Source: Dudresnaya verticillata (taxonomy: Eukaryota). From it: DNA of 64,000 nucleotides. This document shows, piece after piece, positions 22,706 through 33,323 of the stretch. Every line of letters starts with the position of its first letter. Within the stretch, counting starts at the first letter, position 1. The position numbers were made by a program, and so were the translations under genes. The notes beneath the pieces were generated by a model, which searched no databases, had not been told where the DNA came from, and saw nothing but the letters and a program-made list of their open reading frames with translations. The DNA lies in the NCBI GenBank assembly GCA_977862235.1, contig OZ374562.1:2232001-2296000 (forward strand), written 5' to 3'.

Positions 22706-24001
22706 ATGCCGGGTGGCTTGGCCCCTGCCCCCGCCCTGGTCGAGCAAAAATTCGTGAAGTTTGCTCATGGGTCAATCGACTTTATTGCTGCTACCGTAGC
22801 GGACCTTGAACCTGTCGTCGACCTCAACAACCCCACCTCCGTGTCCGCGTTTCTCTCCCATCTCTCAACCTCTTCAACTGTAACCGCTTTACGTCCAATG
22901 TTCGCTTCCGAAACGCCATTCGGCGCCATGCTTCGCATCTTCACCCAGATATCGCTACCGTCCGACACCGCTCCGGGTCGTTCGTACCTCAAAGCTGTTA
23001 AATCATCAAATGCTCCTGTCGCGCGCCTCCCTACTCGCTCAACTGGCAAAGAACCTCCGCTCGATCCAGCCACAACGCACATTACCGCCGAGTTGGCAGC
23101 TTCGTTACGACGTACGTCCCGCAGTCTATGTGGCTACTCCCCGCATCGCTTTGTTCGCGTTGTTTCATCTACAGCTTTCGCAAACCCAGCCCATTTTCGC
23201 AATGCCCTGCAGATTGGTGGCTTCCCTGGCCCTGTCGCTGTAATTCCTACTACGGACGCCACGCAACTCTACGTTTGCGCCCCGGAGGTAACGATTCAGC
23301 ACACCAACACCGCCTATGCTACCTTCCGGTCCTTCGCGCAGGTCCCCAATTCTACTCCCCCCAACATCACGGTTTCATCTGTTCTATCTGATATCGCTGC
23401 CCCGCTCCGCTCCGCTGGCGCTGTTCGTCAAGTCCGTGCTCCACTTCGAGCAGAGATACATCGTCTTGAAGGAGCTGACTGTCGATGGGGTCCCAGACGT
23501 TTCTTTGCTGCCGCCCTGCGGAAGGCAGACAAGGATCTGTACGCCCGTCTCCATCATCTCAATCCATCTCATTCTGAATAGCCAATCACACCGCCCGTAA
23601 CCGCAACGCCATCCTCCACTGGCAAACGCCCGGCCCCAGCTCAACTGCCCACTGCCGCTGCACCTCGTCCCATGCCCTTGAGCGCTCGACCTTCTACCCG
23701 TTACATGATTGGTGCCCGCCCTGTTTCAGGCCCTCAGAACTCCTCTCCGACAGCTCCCCTCCCCTCTTCACCTGGGACCCCCACTACACCCCCTACTGCA
23801 GCCCCCAATTCACCCCCCCTTGACGCCCCCACTGCCTCCACTGCACCCCCCACAGCCCACCCCACTATTACAGCTGCTCCACCCTCGGAATCTCCCCCCT
23901 GTCCTACTTTGCCTTGCACGTCTGGTCCTCCTGGCGTATCGGCAAACCGATTTGCCTTGCTTCCCGAACAGGATTGCGCTGATACCATTATGTCAACCTG
24001 A
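22706..24001 (+). pseudogene. Element C ORF1 (unknown domain plus Pro-rich tail), with one in-frame TAG at 23579
   Basis: ATG at 22706. Homologous to B ORF1 (FVKFAHGSIDF vs FVALTHATVDF; FRNALQIGGFPG vs FRKALKQGGFPG; LRAEIHRLE..CRWGPR vs LRNEINRLD..CTWAPR). The frame continues through the TAG to a TGA ending at 24001. Confidence 0.8.
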
Positions 24002-24147
24002 TACGCTCTCGCCCTCTCGACTCGGAGTTTACGGTCACTCACAGCTCAGAAATCGCCCTTCCCACCGCCCTCCATCTTGACACTCCTGCACCACTCTCTT
24101 CAACGTCTCGTCCCACTGTTGGCCCTTGCCCTCCACTTCATGTTCTG

Positions 24148-27000
24148 ATGACTACCCCTATTCGTACTGTTGACTATGTCCCGAATGCAATGCGATCGGA
24201 ATTCTGTGAACTCTTCACTACTTGCATACGCGAATTTTTACGAGCCGTTACCCCTGAACAACAGCGCCTATCCTTCACTCGGCTACTTGCCATCCCCAAG
24301 ACTGTTCTCCGTCGAATGGGGTCTGGGGAACCACGGAATCGCAACCACCGTACATTTCAAGCTGTTTTACGTCGCCGAATACATCGTGCTTTAATTGGTG
24401 ACTGGAACGCGCTCTTCCACGAAGCCTGTGACTCGCAGGACGCTGAACGCTCTTCTCTGTCCCGTCGTCGATCCTCACATTTCCGCGGATGTCGCCGCTC
24501 CATGCAGCAGGGTTCTGTTGCCAAAGCGGCGCGCTGCCTCATGTCAGATTCCGATGCCGTCACCCCCACTCCCGAGACGCACGACGCCTTAAATCTCCTG
24601 CACCCCCGCCCATCGACGCCTGTGAGTGCCCGGGACGCTTCAACGCTACCTGCTTCTGCCCCGTTCTCTACTTCCGATGTTCGGTTGGCCATCAAATCGC
24701 TATCCAACTCGTCCAGTCCCGGCCCTGATGGACTGCGGGCCAGTATGCTCAAGGCTCTGCTGCATGGGAATGGGGGCACCGATCCCTCTCGCGATCCTCT
24801 ACAGCTATTGACACAGCTCGTGAATTGCGCCGTGAATGGCGGGCTTCCCCAATCCGTCCAACCCTGGTTCTGCTCCAGCAATCTTGTGGCATTCCCAAAA
24901 GCTGCACACCGCCCCACCGACCTCCGTCCTATTGCTGTTGGTATCCTTCTGGCCCGTCTCTTCAGTAGACTCCTTGCTCGGCGCGCATCTGATTCTCTTG
25001 GCTCTTACTTCCGCCCGTTGCAGTACGCAGTTGGCACGACCGGTGGCTGTGAAATCATTGGCCATTCCGCTCGCACCTGGTTCCAGGAAGCGCCTGAAGC
25101 GAACTTGGCTTTGCTTCAGATTGACGCTTCAAATGCTTTTAACAGCCTGGAACGTCAGTGTATCCTGGATGAAGTTTCCACTCAAGCTCCTGACCTCTCC
25201 CGGTGGGTACATTTCGCCTATGGCACACCCTCTCCGCTCATATTTGGTCCCTTCACACTTCTCAGCCGTACCGGGACTCGTCAAGGGGACCCTCTCGGAA
25301 TGCTTCTCTTTTGCCTGGGCATCCACCCTCTACTCCAGCGCCTCTCTCCTTCCCCTGATATATACATGCTTGCTGCCTATGCGGATGATCTCAACATAAT
25401 CACCACTCGCTCGTCAGCACCAGGGCTTCTTTCCTCCATTCAATCAGATGGACGCACAATTGGCTTCAATGTCAACATGGCCAAGACGTGGGCGTCATGG
25501 CCTTCTCTTACCTCGCCAATCCAAGACCTACCGTGCCCTGTTCGTCCCGCTACTTCCGCAAAAGTCGTTGGGGTGCCCCTGGGATGTCTAGCGCTTGACA
25601 TTGCATTTCGAAAGCTCGAATCCACGCATGAATTGCTTCGTGATCGATTCACTACACTATGTGATCCCCAAATATCATTTCACATTATCCGTGTTTGTTA
25701 TGGCGTTAGTAAGCTATCGTTTCTCCTTCGTACTGTGCCGCCGCACTTAACCCGCGCTGAAGTCGACGAGTTCGACCGGAGGCAGCGAGGCATGGATGAA
25801 GAGACACACCGTCCCCTGACCGACTCCGCCTGGTGCCTCGCTACGCTTCCTGTTCGTTTTGGGGGTCTTGGAATAACCTCTGCGTCTGATATTGCCCATG
25901 CTGCTTATGCGGGCTCGCTGCTTCAAATCCGCTCAGCGGTTCGCCTCCTCACCAACAGCATCGGACAATTTGCTTCTGCTCGCATCTGCCCGATCGATAG
26001 AGCCATTACAGAAGCACTGCTTCCTCTACAAAACCTTTCTCTTCTCCCCTTGCCTCTCACCCCGGAAGCTCTATTAAGGAAAGCTACTCAACGCAATGGT
26101 TCGGTTCCTGGCATTCAAATGTCCATTACGGATAGTATTATGGCTGCCCGTGCAGCTGTACTCCGCTCTCCATCGCTTTCCTCGCATTCTTCAACAGTAC
26201 AAAAATCGTACATGGCTCGTCTACTGTCCTGCAGTACGGCTGCAGCTAGTGCGCCATTCACTGCCCTCCCGAATACCTATCGCGGTACTCGCTTCACCCC
26301 GGAGGAATGGATTACCGCGTGTGATATCCGCTTGGGCAACCCGGTTTTCACCGGCACTACTCGTTGTCCCCACTGTGTACTCACGCGGGGCGTGACGCAA
26401 GCTCCTCTACTTGATCCTCTCGGGAAACATGCCATCATCTGCGCTAGGCGCGAAGGTGCTATCCGGCGTCATAACACGTTACGCGATGTTCTAGCCAACG
26501 AATTCCGCCAGTTGGGCCTACGCCCTATCTATGTCGAATACTCGTTTCTCGCCGAACGTCATCTACCCCCTACTTCTCGTCGCCGTATGGACGTGGTGGT
26601 TCCTATATCTGCCTTTAACCCCCGCCCTCAGGCATTTGACGTTACGGTGGCAGCCCCGTTTGCTGCCAATTACTGCACTGCCGCCTCTCGCTTGGGTGGG
26701 GCAGCGGCGACGCTCGCTGAAAGGCCCAAAAGAGCGCATTACCAAGATCTACTCGACAGCGAGGGAATGGATTTCTATGCTGTCGGTATTGACTCCTACG
26801 GCGCTATTGGCACTGAGGCTCGTCAGGCGTTACGTGCCATTGGCCGCTTTACGTCCGAACGGAGAGGGAGTAACCCTTCGGACGAAACGCAAGCACTCAC
26901 GAATCGCATTGTATCTCATCTTCTCCGCTTTCAGGCGCTGGCGATCAATCGCCGTCGTCTTGCCCTTCAGGTGGGTCCTTGCGTAGACGGGGCGACTTAG
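24148..27000 (+). CDS. Element C ORF2: reverse transcriptase, CCHC knuckle and RLE endonuclease (uninterrupted)
   Basis: SPGPDG, LRPIAVG, QYAVG, DASNAFN, GTRQGDPL, AYADD, GGLG, CPHC..HAIIC, RHNTLRD, RMDVVV..FDVTV..AERPKRAHY. Frame is open from 23983; probable true start near 24001. Confidence 0.95.
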   Translation: MTTPIRTVDYVPNAMRSEFCELFTTCIREFLRAVTPEQQRLSFTRLLAIPKTVLRRMGSGEPRNRNHRTFQAVLRRRIHRALIGDWNALFHEACDSQDAERSSLSRRRSSHFRGCRRSMQQGSVAKAARCLMSDSDAVTPTPETHDALNLLHPRPSTPVSARDASTLPASAPFSTSDVRLAIKSLSNSSSPGPDGLRASMLKALLHGNGGTDPSRDPLQLLTQLVNCAVNGGLPQSVQPWFCSSNLVAFPKAAHRPTDLRPIAVGILLARLFSRLLARRASDSLGSYFRPLQYAVGTTGGCEIIGHSARTWFQEAPEANLALLQIDASNAFNSLERQCILDEVSTQAPDLSRWVHFAYGTPSPLIFGPFTLLSRTGTRQGDPLGMLLFCLGIHPLLQRLSPSPDIYMLAAYADDLNIITTRSSAPGLLSSIQSDGRTIGFNVNMAKTWASWPSLTSPIQDLPCPVRPATSAKVVGVPLGCLALDIAFRKLESTHELLRDRFTTLCDPQISFHIIRVCYGVSKLSFLLRTVPPHLTRAEVDEFDRRQRGMDEETHRPLTDSAWCLATLPVRFGGLGITSASDIAHAAYAGSLLQIRSAVRLLTNSIGQFASARICPIDRAITEALLPLQNLSLLPLPLTPEALLRKATQRNGSVPGIQMSITDSIMAARAAVLRSPSLSSHSSTVQKSYMARLLSCSTAAASAPFTALPNTYRGTRFTPEEWITACDIRLGNPVFTGTTRCPHCVLTRGVTQAPLLDPLGKHAIICARREGAIRRHNTLRDVLANEFRQLGLRPIYVEYSFLAERHLPPTSRRRMDVVVPISAFNPRPQAFDVTVAAPFAANYCTAASRLGGAAATLAERPKRAHYQDLLDSEGMDFYAVGIDSYGAIGTEARQALRAIGRFTSERRGSNPSDETQALTNRIVSHLLRFQALAINRRRLALQVGPCVDGAT

Positions 27001-27035
27001 CGCCCTTCCAATCCTACCATAAAGGTCCCCATCTC

Positions 27036-28392
27036 TCTTTAGAAACTGGATAACATCGAAAGCAATAGAACGCGGAACAGCAACATGAATGTCATCAGCA
27101 TATGCAGCAAGAAGTTTGATGGAGGCGAACGTAGAGAGCATGTTGATGAGCAGGGGATGAATCGCGAGAGCAAAAAGTAGCATGCTCAAAGGATCACCCT
27201 GCTGTGTACCTGTCCGACTGAACAACTGAAACTGACCAAATAGAAGAACGGGTTCAGTCGAGAAAAGGAAATGCACAAACTTTGCAATGCCAGGAGCTCT
27301 TTCGATAACTTCACTGAGAATAATAGAACGCTCAACACAGTTAAAAGCGTTGGTGGCATCAAGCTTAAGAAGGACATAGTCTTGCTCAGTATTAGACTCC
27401 ACAAAAGAACGTATGGCGTGAATAATAGATTCGGCTCCATGAGGGATTCCCACTGCAAACTGATGAGGAAGAAGGTATTCACGTATATCATTGTCCTGGG
27501 CAATCTTCTTCATCAACAGGCGGGCAACGAAACGACGAAGGATGCCACCAATGGCAATAGGACGAAGCTTAGAAACACACGATGGGTGCTTCGGAAGACC
27601 CAGAAGCAAGGCACCCCCAAACAAAGCACTGTAGCGAGGAGGTAAAGAGCCCGTAGCACATTTGTTGACAAAGGCGGTCAGAGCCACGATTGCAGAGTGG
27701 GATGGCTCCGAACCACCCGGGGCATGCGTTAACGCCTTAAGATGAAGCGGACGGAGACCATGCGGGCCAGGTGAGCTGTGTACTGGAAGACTTCTAAGAG
27801 CCCGTCTTACATCCGCCTCGTTGAAGGTATATGCAGCTGGGAGTGATTGTGGCAAGAGGGGTTTAACTGCAATTTCCGGACGCGAGTGAAGCGATTCCAT
27901 GACCGTCTTGGTATTGGGATTAGCAATAACAGTAGAAGTAGTAGAGCACAAAGCGCGCACAGCCTTACTGATGGCCCCCTCGGCCATAAACCGACGGCAT
28001 TGGCGGAAAGGATCAACTGTAGGTTGGCAAGAAGTATTGGAAAGCGAGGGAAAGGCACTGGAGGCTTGCTCCCAAAGGTCATTCCATTGCCCGCGAATTG
28101 CCATTTGAATGCGGTCACGCAAACGGCGAATCAGTGCAGCCTTATTGCCATTTCTGGGTTCTCCGCGTCCATTAAACCGTAGCACAAGCTTTGCCGCAGC
28201 ACAAACACGAGCGAAGCGTTCTTCTTTTTCAGTACATGTAGAAGCGACTGCGAATCGGTTAAAAAGATGGAAGCATAAAGCGTGCCAGTCCGCACGAAGA
28301 CAATTTGGAATATATTTGACGGTGGGGATACGAAGTACAAAGACGATGTCGGGACGAGGGCATTTTTGAAAGAGGGTTGTTGCTTCTTCCAT
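27036..28392 (-). pseudogene. Element B ORF2, N-terminal part (RT core)
   Basis: SPGPHG, LRPIAIG, QFAVG, DATNAFN, GTQQGDPL, AYADD. Broken by element C just after YADD. Confidence 0.92.
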
Positions 28393-29492
28393 TACTCAGC
28401 CGCAGGCATCGCAGTGTCGGTTGCATCTGGGCACAAAGCCGACGGAGGAGCAGACGGATGGGAATCAAGAACAGTGGTCCATCCATCAGAATCGGGTCGA
28501 GAATAGCGGGGATACACACGCGATGGTCGGGAAGAAGCAGCGCCCGCCGGGGGTTCGGTAAGACTCGGTAGCGTGCGCCCGAGTGAAGTCATTCGTTCTT
28601 CTAGTGCTTCATACTCTGAGCGCAGTGCCAGAGAAAATTATTTTCGAGGAGCCCAGGTACAGCTTGTAGCGTCGAGACGATTGATCTCATTTCGTAGCGG
28701 TCGCGCAATTGTATTGATATCTTCACTCGACGTCAATACATTCTTGAGAGCGATTGGTGGCGAAAAGGTCAGATGGGGGGCATCGAAGTTGTCCGATTCT
28801 TTTTCCAGAGCAGTAAACGAATTGTACGCAGCTTCCGTGTAGGTGAGATCATGTAGCGAAGCACAGACATAGAACACGGTGGGGTCTTCAGAGCGGACGA
28901 TAGCACATGAGCCAGGGAAACCACCTTGCTTGAGCGCTTTGCGGAATTCAGCAGGCGAAGCAAGCGGGGGAGCGCCAGTGGCAGTACGGACCGCAATAAA
29001 GCGCTTTTGATCCCCACCGAACAAGACGCGGTTCGTACGGCGAACAAAACCTGCGAATTTTCGAGACAGCGGTGTTGTACCAGCATTGGAATGCTCCACG
29101 AGGCCCTTGCGACCCAATACTGGAAGCCGATGAACCGGTTTAGGGGCGGGACCAGTTGTCGTAGCCGCTAAATACGAAGGTCTCGGCGGGGTCGAAGGAG
29201 AGGATGAAGGTTTCGCAGAAACAGCAGAGTCAGCAGAGAAGTGTGAAAAGATACGAAGCAGAGACTGAAAGTGGGGGTTGCGCTCGAACGTGGATAAGAG
29301 CGCCTTCACACGAGGCAGGTCGGCCAGAGTGGAGAGGAAGGTGTCCACAGCGGTAGGATTTTGAAGGTCTACGACCTTGTCCAATAGTGCAGCAGAGGTA
29401 GCCATGAAATCGACGGTAGCGTGGGTCAAAGCAACAAACGCGTCTTGGTGTACGTCCTGGGTAGAGCGTTTGGCCTGATTGGACGGCGACAT
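28392..29492 (-). pseudogene. Element B ORF1 (unknown domain), with one in-frame TAA at 28640-28638
   Basis: ATG at 29492 (MSPSNQ). Homology to C ORF1 continues past the TAA (RK*FSLALR vs RRFFAAALR). Ends in TAATG overlapping the ORF2 start. Confidence 0.8.
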
Positions 29493-30377
29493 ATTGGGAA
29501 AAGATAGAGGGTAACACAGCACTGCGAGATGGAGTCGAGCCGGAGTGGAAGCAGCGCCAAGCGTGAAGACGGAACACAAAGGAGTAGCACGAACTCGAAC
29601 AGCAAGTTCTCCCCCCGAAGCGCGCGGGAAGAATACGCCGGCGACGGCAGCGAAAAGCGGTGCATTAACGCGCGGCAGGGCGGGGAAGAGGTAGAAACAA
29701 AGCACGGAAAGATTGAGGCCAGAATGCAGAAACAAGGGCTCAATAAGCAGAGCAGGGGAAATCATTAAAGAGTGAACAAAATATGTGGGAATATATTGCA
29801 GGACGAGCTTCCTTGACCTGGAGTTTCCCTAGGAGACGCGGTGTCTGGACTCCTTCGGATTCAGTTAAAGCTTCATGCTCGAAACTGAACTCTCAAGAAG
29901 AATTCATTATGAACGTAGGCAAGGTCGTATTCATGATCCGCATTACTATTGGAGAGATACGCGCGCGCGAGTGACCTCACGGAGAATCCAACTATGCCTA
30001 TTGGAAGTTTTGTACCACGGGGACTTTTGAAAGTCTCATCGACAGAAGCTTTCGCCGGGCTCTTATCGAGATACAGCCGCTGTATTGGAAAGCGCGCTCA
30101 ATGATTCGAGTGCATCTGCATCGGACAGATGCTGCAAAAGGTGGTCCCACACGGAAATGGCTTCACGGATTGTTCGAGAATGAACTCGTTTGAAATTTTC
30201 AAGTTTACTGCGCCTTCTTCGGCAATGTTCGGCTGACATTCAAAAGCTTCGTTGCTTCCTGCGCACCCCTACAACGTCTCCAATACCGAAATTTGGAACA
30301 TGGCGCGCGCGCGCGGACCCGCAATCTGCGAGAGAGAAGCAATTGAATAGTCATGCTGCTTGTGGCACTGCTCAAGA

Positions 30378-30782
30378 TTATGCGACCGGCGCCGGCGCTG
30401 GCTCAGCATTAGCCGAGGGGGCAATGGGCTGTGCAATCGGCAGCACATCTCCGCCGTCCTTCTTGATGAGGCAGTAGCTCCAGTAGATAGCCCAAATCCA
30501 GCCAACGCAAAGAATAGGGGCACTCAGGGCCTGTCCGAGACCGACAAGGACGGTTGTTGTTTCGCAGTTGGAAGACAAGAAGGCTGAGATGATTGTGCCC
30601 ACTCCGGGGAGAAAGACATTGATGAGAAGAATCGCGATCGCAACAGACTGCACGAGTTCAGAAAACGATACACGTTAGACCGGAGCCGGCTGCATCGCAA
30701 GCAAAAGATTGGAGAGCAAAAGATTCCTCGGAATGCAGCTTACGTCAGAGATTCCCTCCGGGAGGCCAGCCGTGAAGAACAT
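30378..30782 (-). CDS. SPEC3/stum-family small membrane protein (~102 aa; exons 30782-30744 and 30647-30378)
   Basis: Spliced product MFFTAGLPEGISD|SVAIAILLINVFLPGVGTIISA..GLGQALSAPILCVGWIWAIYWS matches the family pattern. 96-nt phase-0 intron GTAAGC..CTAAC..GCAG. Confidence 0.8.
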
Positions 30783-31843
30783 TTTGCTTGAAGGGTGTCA
30801 AAGGGACTTCGGCTGCGAGAAGGCGGTACGTAATGTTTCAGCACCTCAGGTCGATGAGGTGCCTGGCGCCAACAGCTGGGAGCTGAAGCTAGTACTCGAT
30901 GGCTATCGCAAATCCTGGTCGATATTGCTTCAAACGGTGCGGAGCCTTGGCCCCGAGGAATGGCCCACATCGAGGAGACTTCAATCGCTGAGAAAGTCTG
31001 GGGCCCGCACCTCAATGCAGACTTGACTTGTCGGTGGGTTAGATGAATCACTGGGACAAGAGGGCCCGCGGGCACGTGGGCCCAACTGCGGCCCATCCCA
31101 CGGAGTGAACTTCTGGGATTGACGGCCTTCGCACGAATACCCGGTGGATTAATGGAGAAGAGTGGTATACTTGGCGTGACCAGTGGCCACTATTCATTTA
31201 CTGCGATTCCGGAAGTGCAACTGGAGCTCCTATCCAACTCGTCCTCCTTCTAGCCTTGCGCCCAGGTGCGCAATGAATCACTTTTCCCGCCTACGAGTTG
31301 GACATATGGGACGTTCCTTGCGGCCCCATGCAGTCAGCGGCCTCGAGTTCGGCTGGCCACTCATGCAGTTCGTGACCTGAACAATTGTGGGGCTCCGTAC
31401 AGAGCGTGAAAATGCTTCGGTTGACGTCAACGGAGTCATTCACCAAGCTCCCTGTTGGATAAATCTGGTCCTTTCCCCTTCATGTCCCTCTCTCACCCGA
31501 ATTCTGAGGCTGTATCCGAGGAGGATAGTGCCGATCAGGAACAAATTGCGACAATATCGTGGGGCTCCACAAATAGTGAAGACAGTGCTGCGTGCTTGTC
31601 GAACCACCGTGCCTAATGCAAGCAAAGTATGACGAAGGAGAAGTTTTTCCTTTCCAGGACTACGCAAAATCCCAGCTGAACGCGCGATGCATTGCGGAGG
31701 CATTGACGACAGCGAAAGAGCGGATCTTCCATCCCTTTCGAACTTGCGGTGTCGAACAAGTGATGGTGGGCTGCAGTGGAGACTTCATTCATTCCTCGAG
31801 ATGCTACAAAGGATCTACTCAAGCGGGTTGCAAGTCACTGCCT

Positions 31844-33272
31844 TTAGACCTCTGCAGCGAGCTGTCGAAGAAGGTCAAGGAAGGCGTCAATGTCCTTTCG
31901 AGCTGTTGCGATGCCGAGAGAGACCCTAACAGCCCCGAACAATCGCCGTTCTTCGCATTCCATTTGTTGCGCGATGCACCTCGAAGCCGCTCTGGGTTCG
32001 ACAACGCCAGCGGCTTCGGCCGCTCCAGGATTACAAAAACATCCGGTGCGAAGAGACATGTTGCACTTATTGGCAGCGTTCTCCACCACATCTCGTGCCA
32101 CTCTGGTACCTTTCCGATCAAGGACGTTGAACGCTACGGTCCCTCCCCGTGAGCGCATGGACGTGGGGCCGTACAATTCGATGATTGGGCGTCCATTACT
32201 GTACTTCATGGCCAACATTTCGTGAAGCAGGGCCGACGTTAGGTCCGTGACATGGGCAGAAATGCGGTCCATGCCAACGCGATCAAGAAAGCGGATGCCC
32301 TTGGCCAGAGCCGGGATGGCGAGGAAGTTGACGGTTCCGTCTTCAAAGGCGGTCGGGGCGTCATCCAGGAAGTGCACGTCCTCGGTGACTGACACGAAGC
32401 GCACCGTGCCACCGGAGAACCATGGGCGGTGGAGCTTTTTCAGGGCCGATCTCTTCGCAATCAGGGCACCGACACCGGTGGGGAAGCCGAACATCTTGTA
32501 AAACGAGATGGGAACAAAGTCTGCTCGGGACCTTGTGATGTCCAGGGCATTGGTGGGGACGTACGCGGCTGCATCGAGCAGGACGTCATAGCCTAGGCGG
32601 TGGGCTATGTGCGAGAGGTGGAGCGAGTGCTTGACGCCGGAGAAGTTGGACTGGGCAGGGTATGCGAAGAGCGCGTCGGCCCCTGATGGTGGGGCATGGT
32701 GATGCAGCTCGTCTGATACGGAGGGGGCGGCGCGCAGGTGCGGGCCGAGAGGGAGGTAGACAACACGCGATCCAGCGCGTCGGGCAAACTCTCGGGTTCC
32801 GTGGACAGCATTGTGGTTGTCGCGCAACAGCACGAACGAGGTGGAAGGGCTGAACGGGTAGCTTTCAGCGACGATCTTGATGGCGGCCGTAGCGTTGGCG
32901 GTGAAGATTATGGCGTGCGTAGCAGGGCGTGTACCGAAGAAGGCGTGCAGGGTGCGTCGTGTGGATGAGATGAGGCGCGAGGATTGCGATGACGTGGGGT
33001 TGCTCGAGTGCGGGTTGCCCTGCAAGGTGGACTGCACGGCGTGTAGGTGGCGCGCAACCAAGCTGGACGGGACCAGGCCTGACCCTGTGTAGTCCAGGTA
33101 GACGTGCCCGGCCGCGTCTAGCCCGCCGTACTCGTCGCGGCGCAACGCTGCAAATGAAGGAGGCGGCGGTGGCGGCTGTTGCGGCGGGGTGCTGGCGTGG
33201 TTCGGTGGCGCATGCGGTCGGGTATGCGACGTTGCGATAGCGGTGGCGGCAGCGACGGCGGTGGATGCGGAT

Positions 33273-33323
<51 letters not shown>

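Larger units (their letters stand above)
22595..27035 (+). mobile_element. Two-ORF CRE-like non-LTR retrotransposon (element C, ~4.44 kb), nested antisense in element B
   Basis: TSD TCTTTAGAAAC at 22584-22594 and 27036-27046. 3' end ATAAAGGTCCCCATCTC. Confidence 0.94.
20885..29761 (-). mobile_element. Two-ORF CRE-like RLE-type non-LTR retrotransposon (element B, ~4.4 kb net), interrupted by element C
   Basis: TSD TCATTAAAGAG at 20874-20884 and 29762-29772. The empty site is visible in copy 1 at 9571-9581. Contains ORF1 and an RT-CCHC-RLE ORF2; 3' end ATAAAGGTCTCCATCTCT. Confidence 0.93.
12393..29959. repeat. Segmental duplication, copy 2 (12393-20884 plus 29762-29959), split by nested retrotransposons
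   Basis: Near-identical to 1052-9768. Homology resumes after the 8.9-kb insert at TCATTAAAGAGTGAAC (29762). Confidence 0.95.

Noticed and set aside
20935..22707. 590-aa ORF (and the 520-aa ORF at 26830-28392) as complete genes
   Set aside because: Both are halves of element B ORF2 with chimeric ends read from the antisense strand of element C.
23579..23581. Programmed readthrough in ORF1
   Set aside because: The internal stops in B and C are at non-homologous positions, so independent nonsense mutations are more likely.
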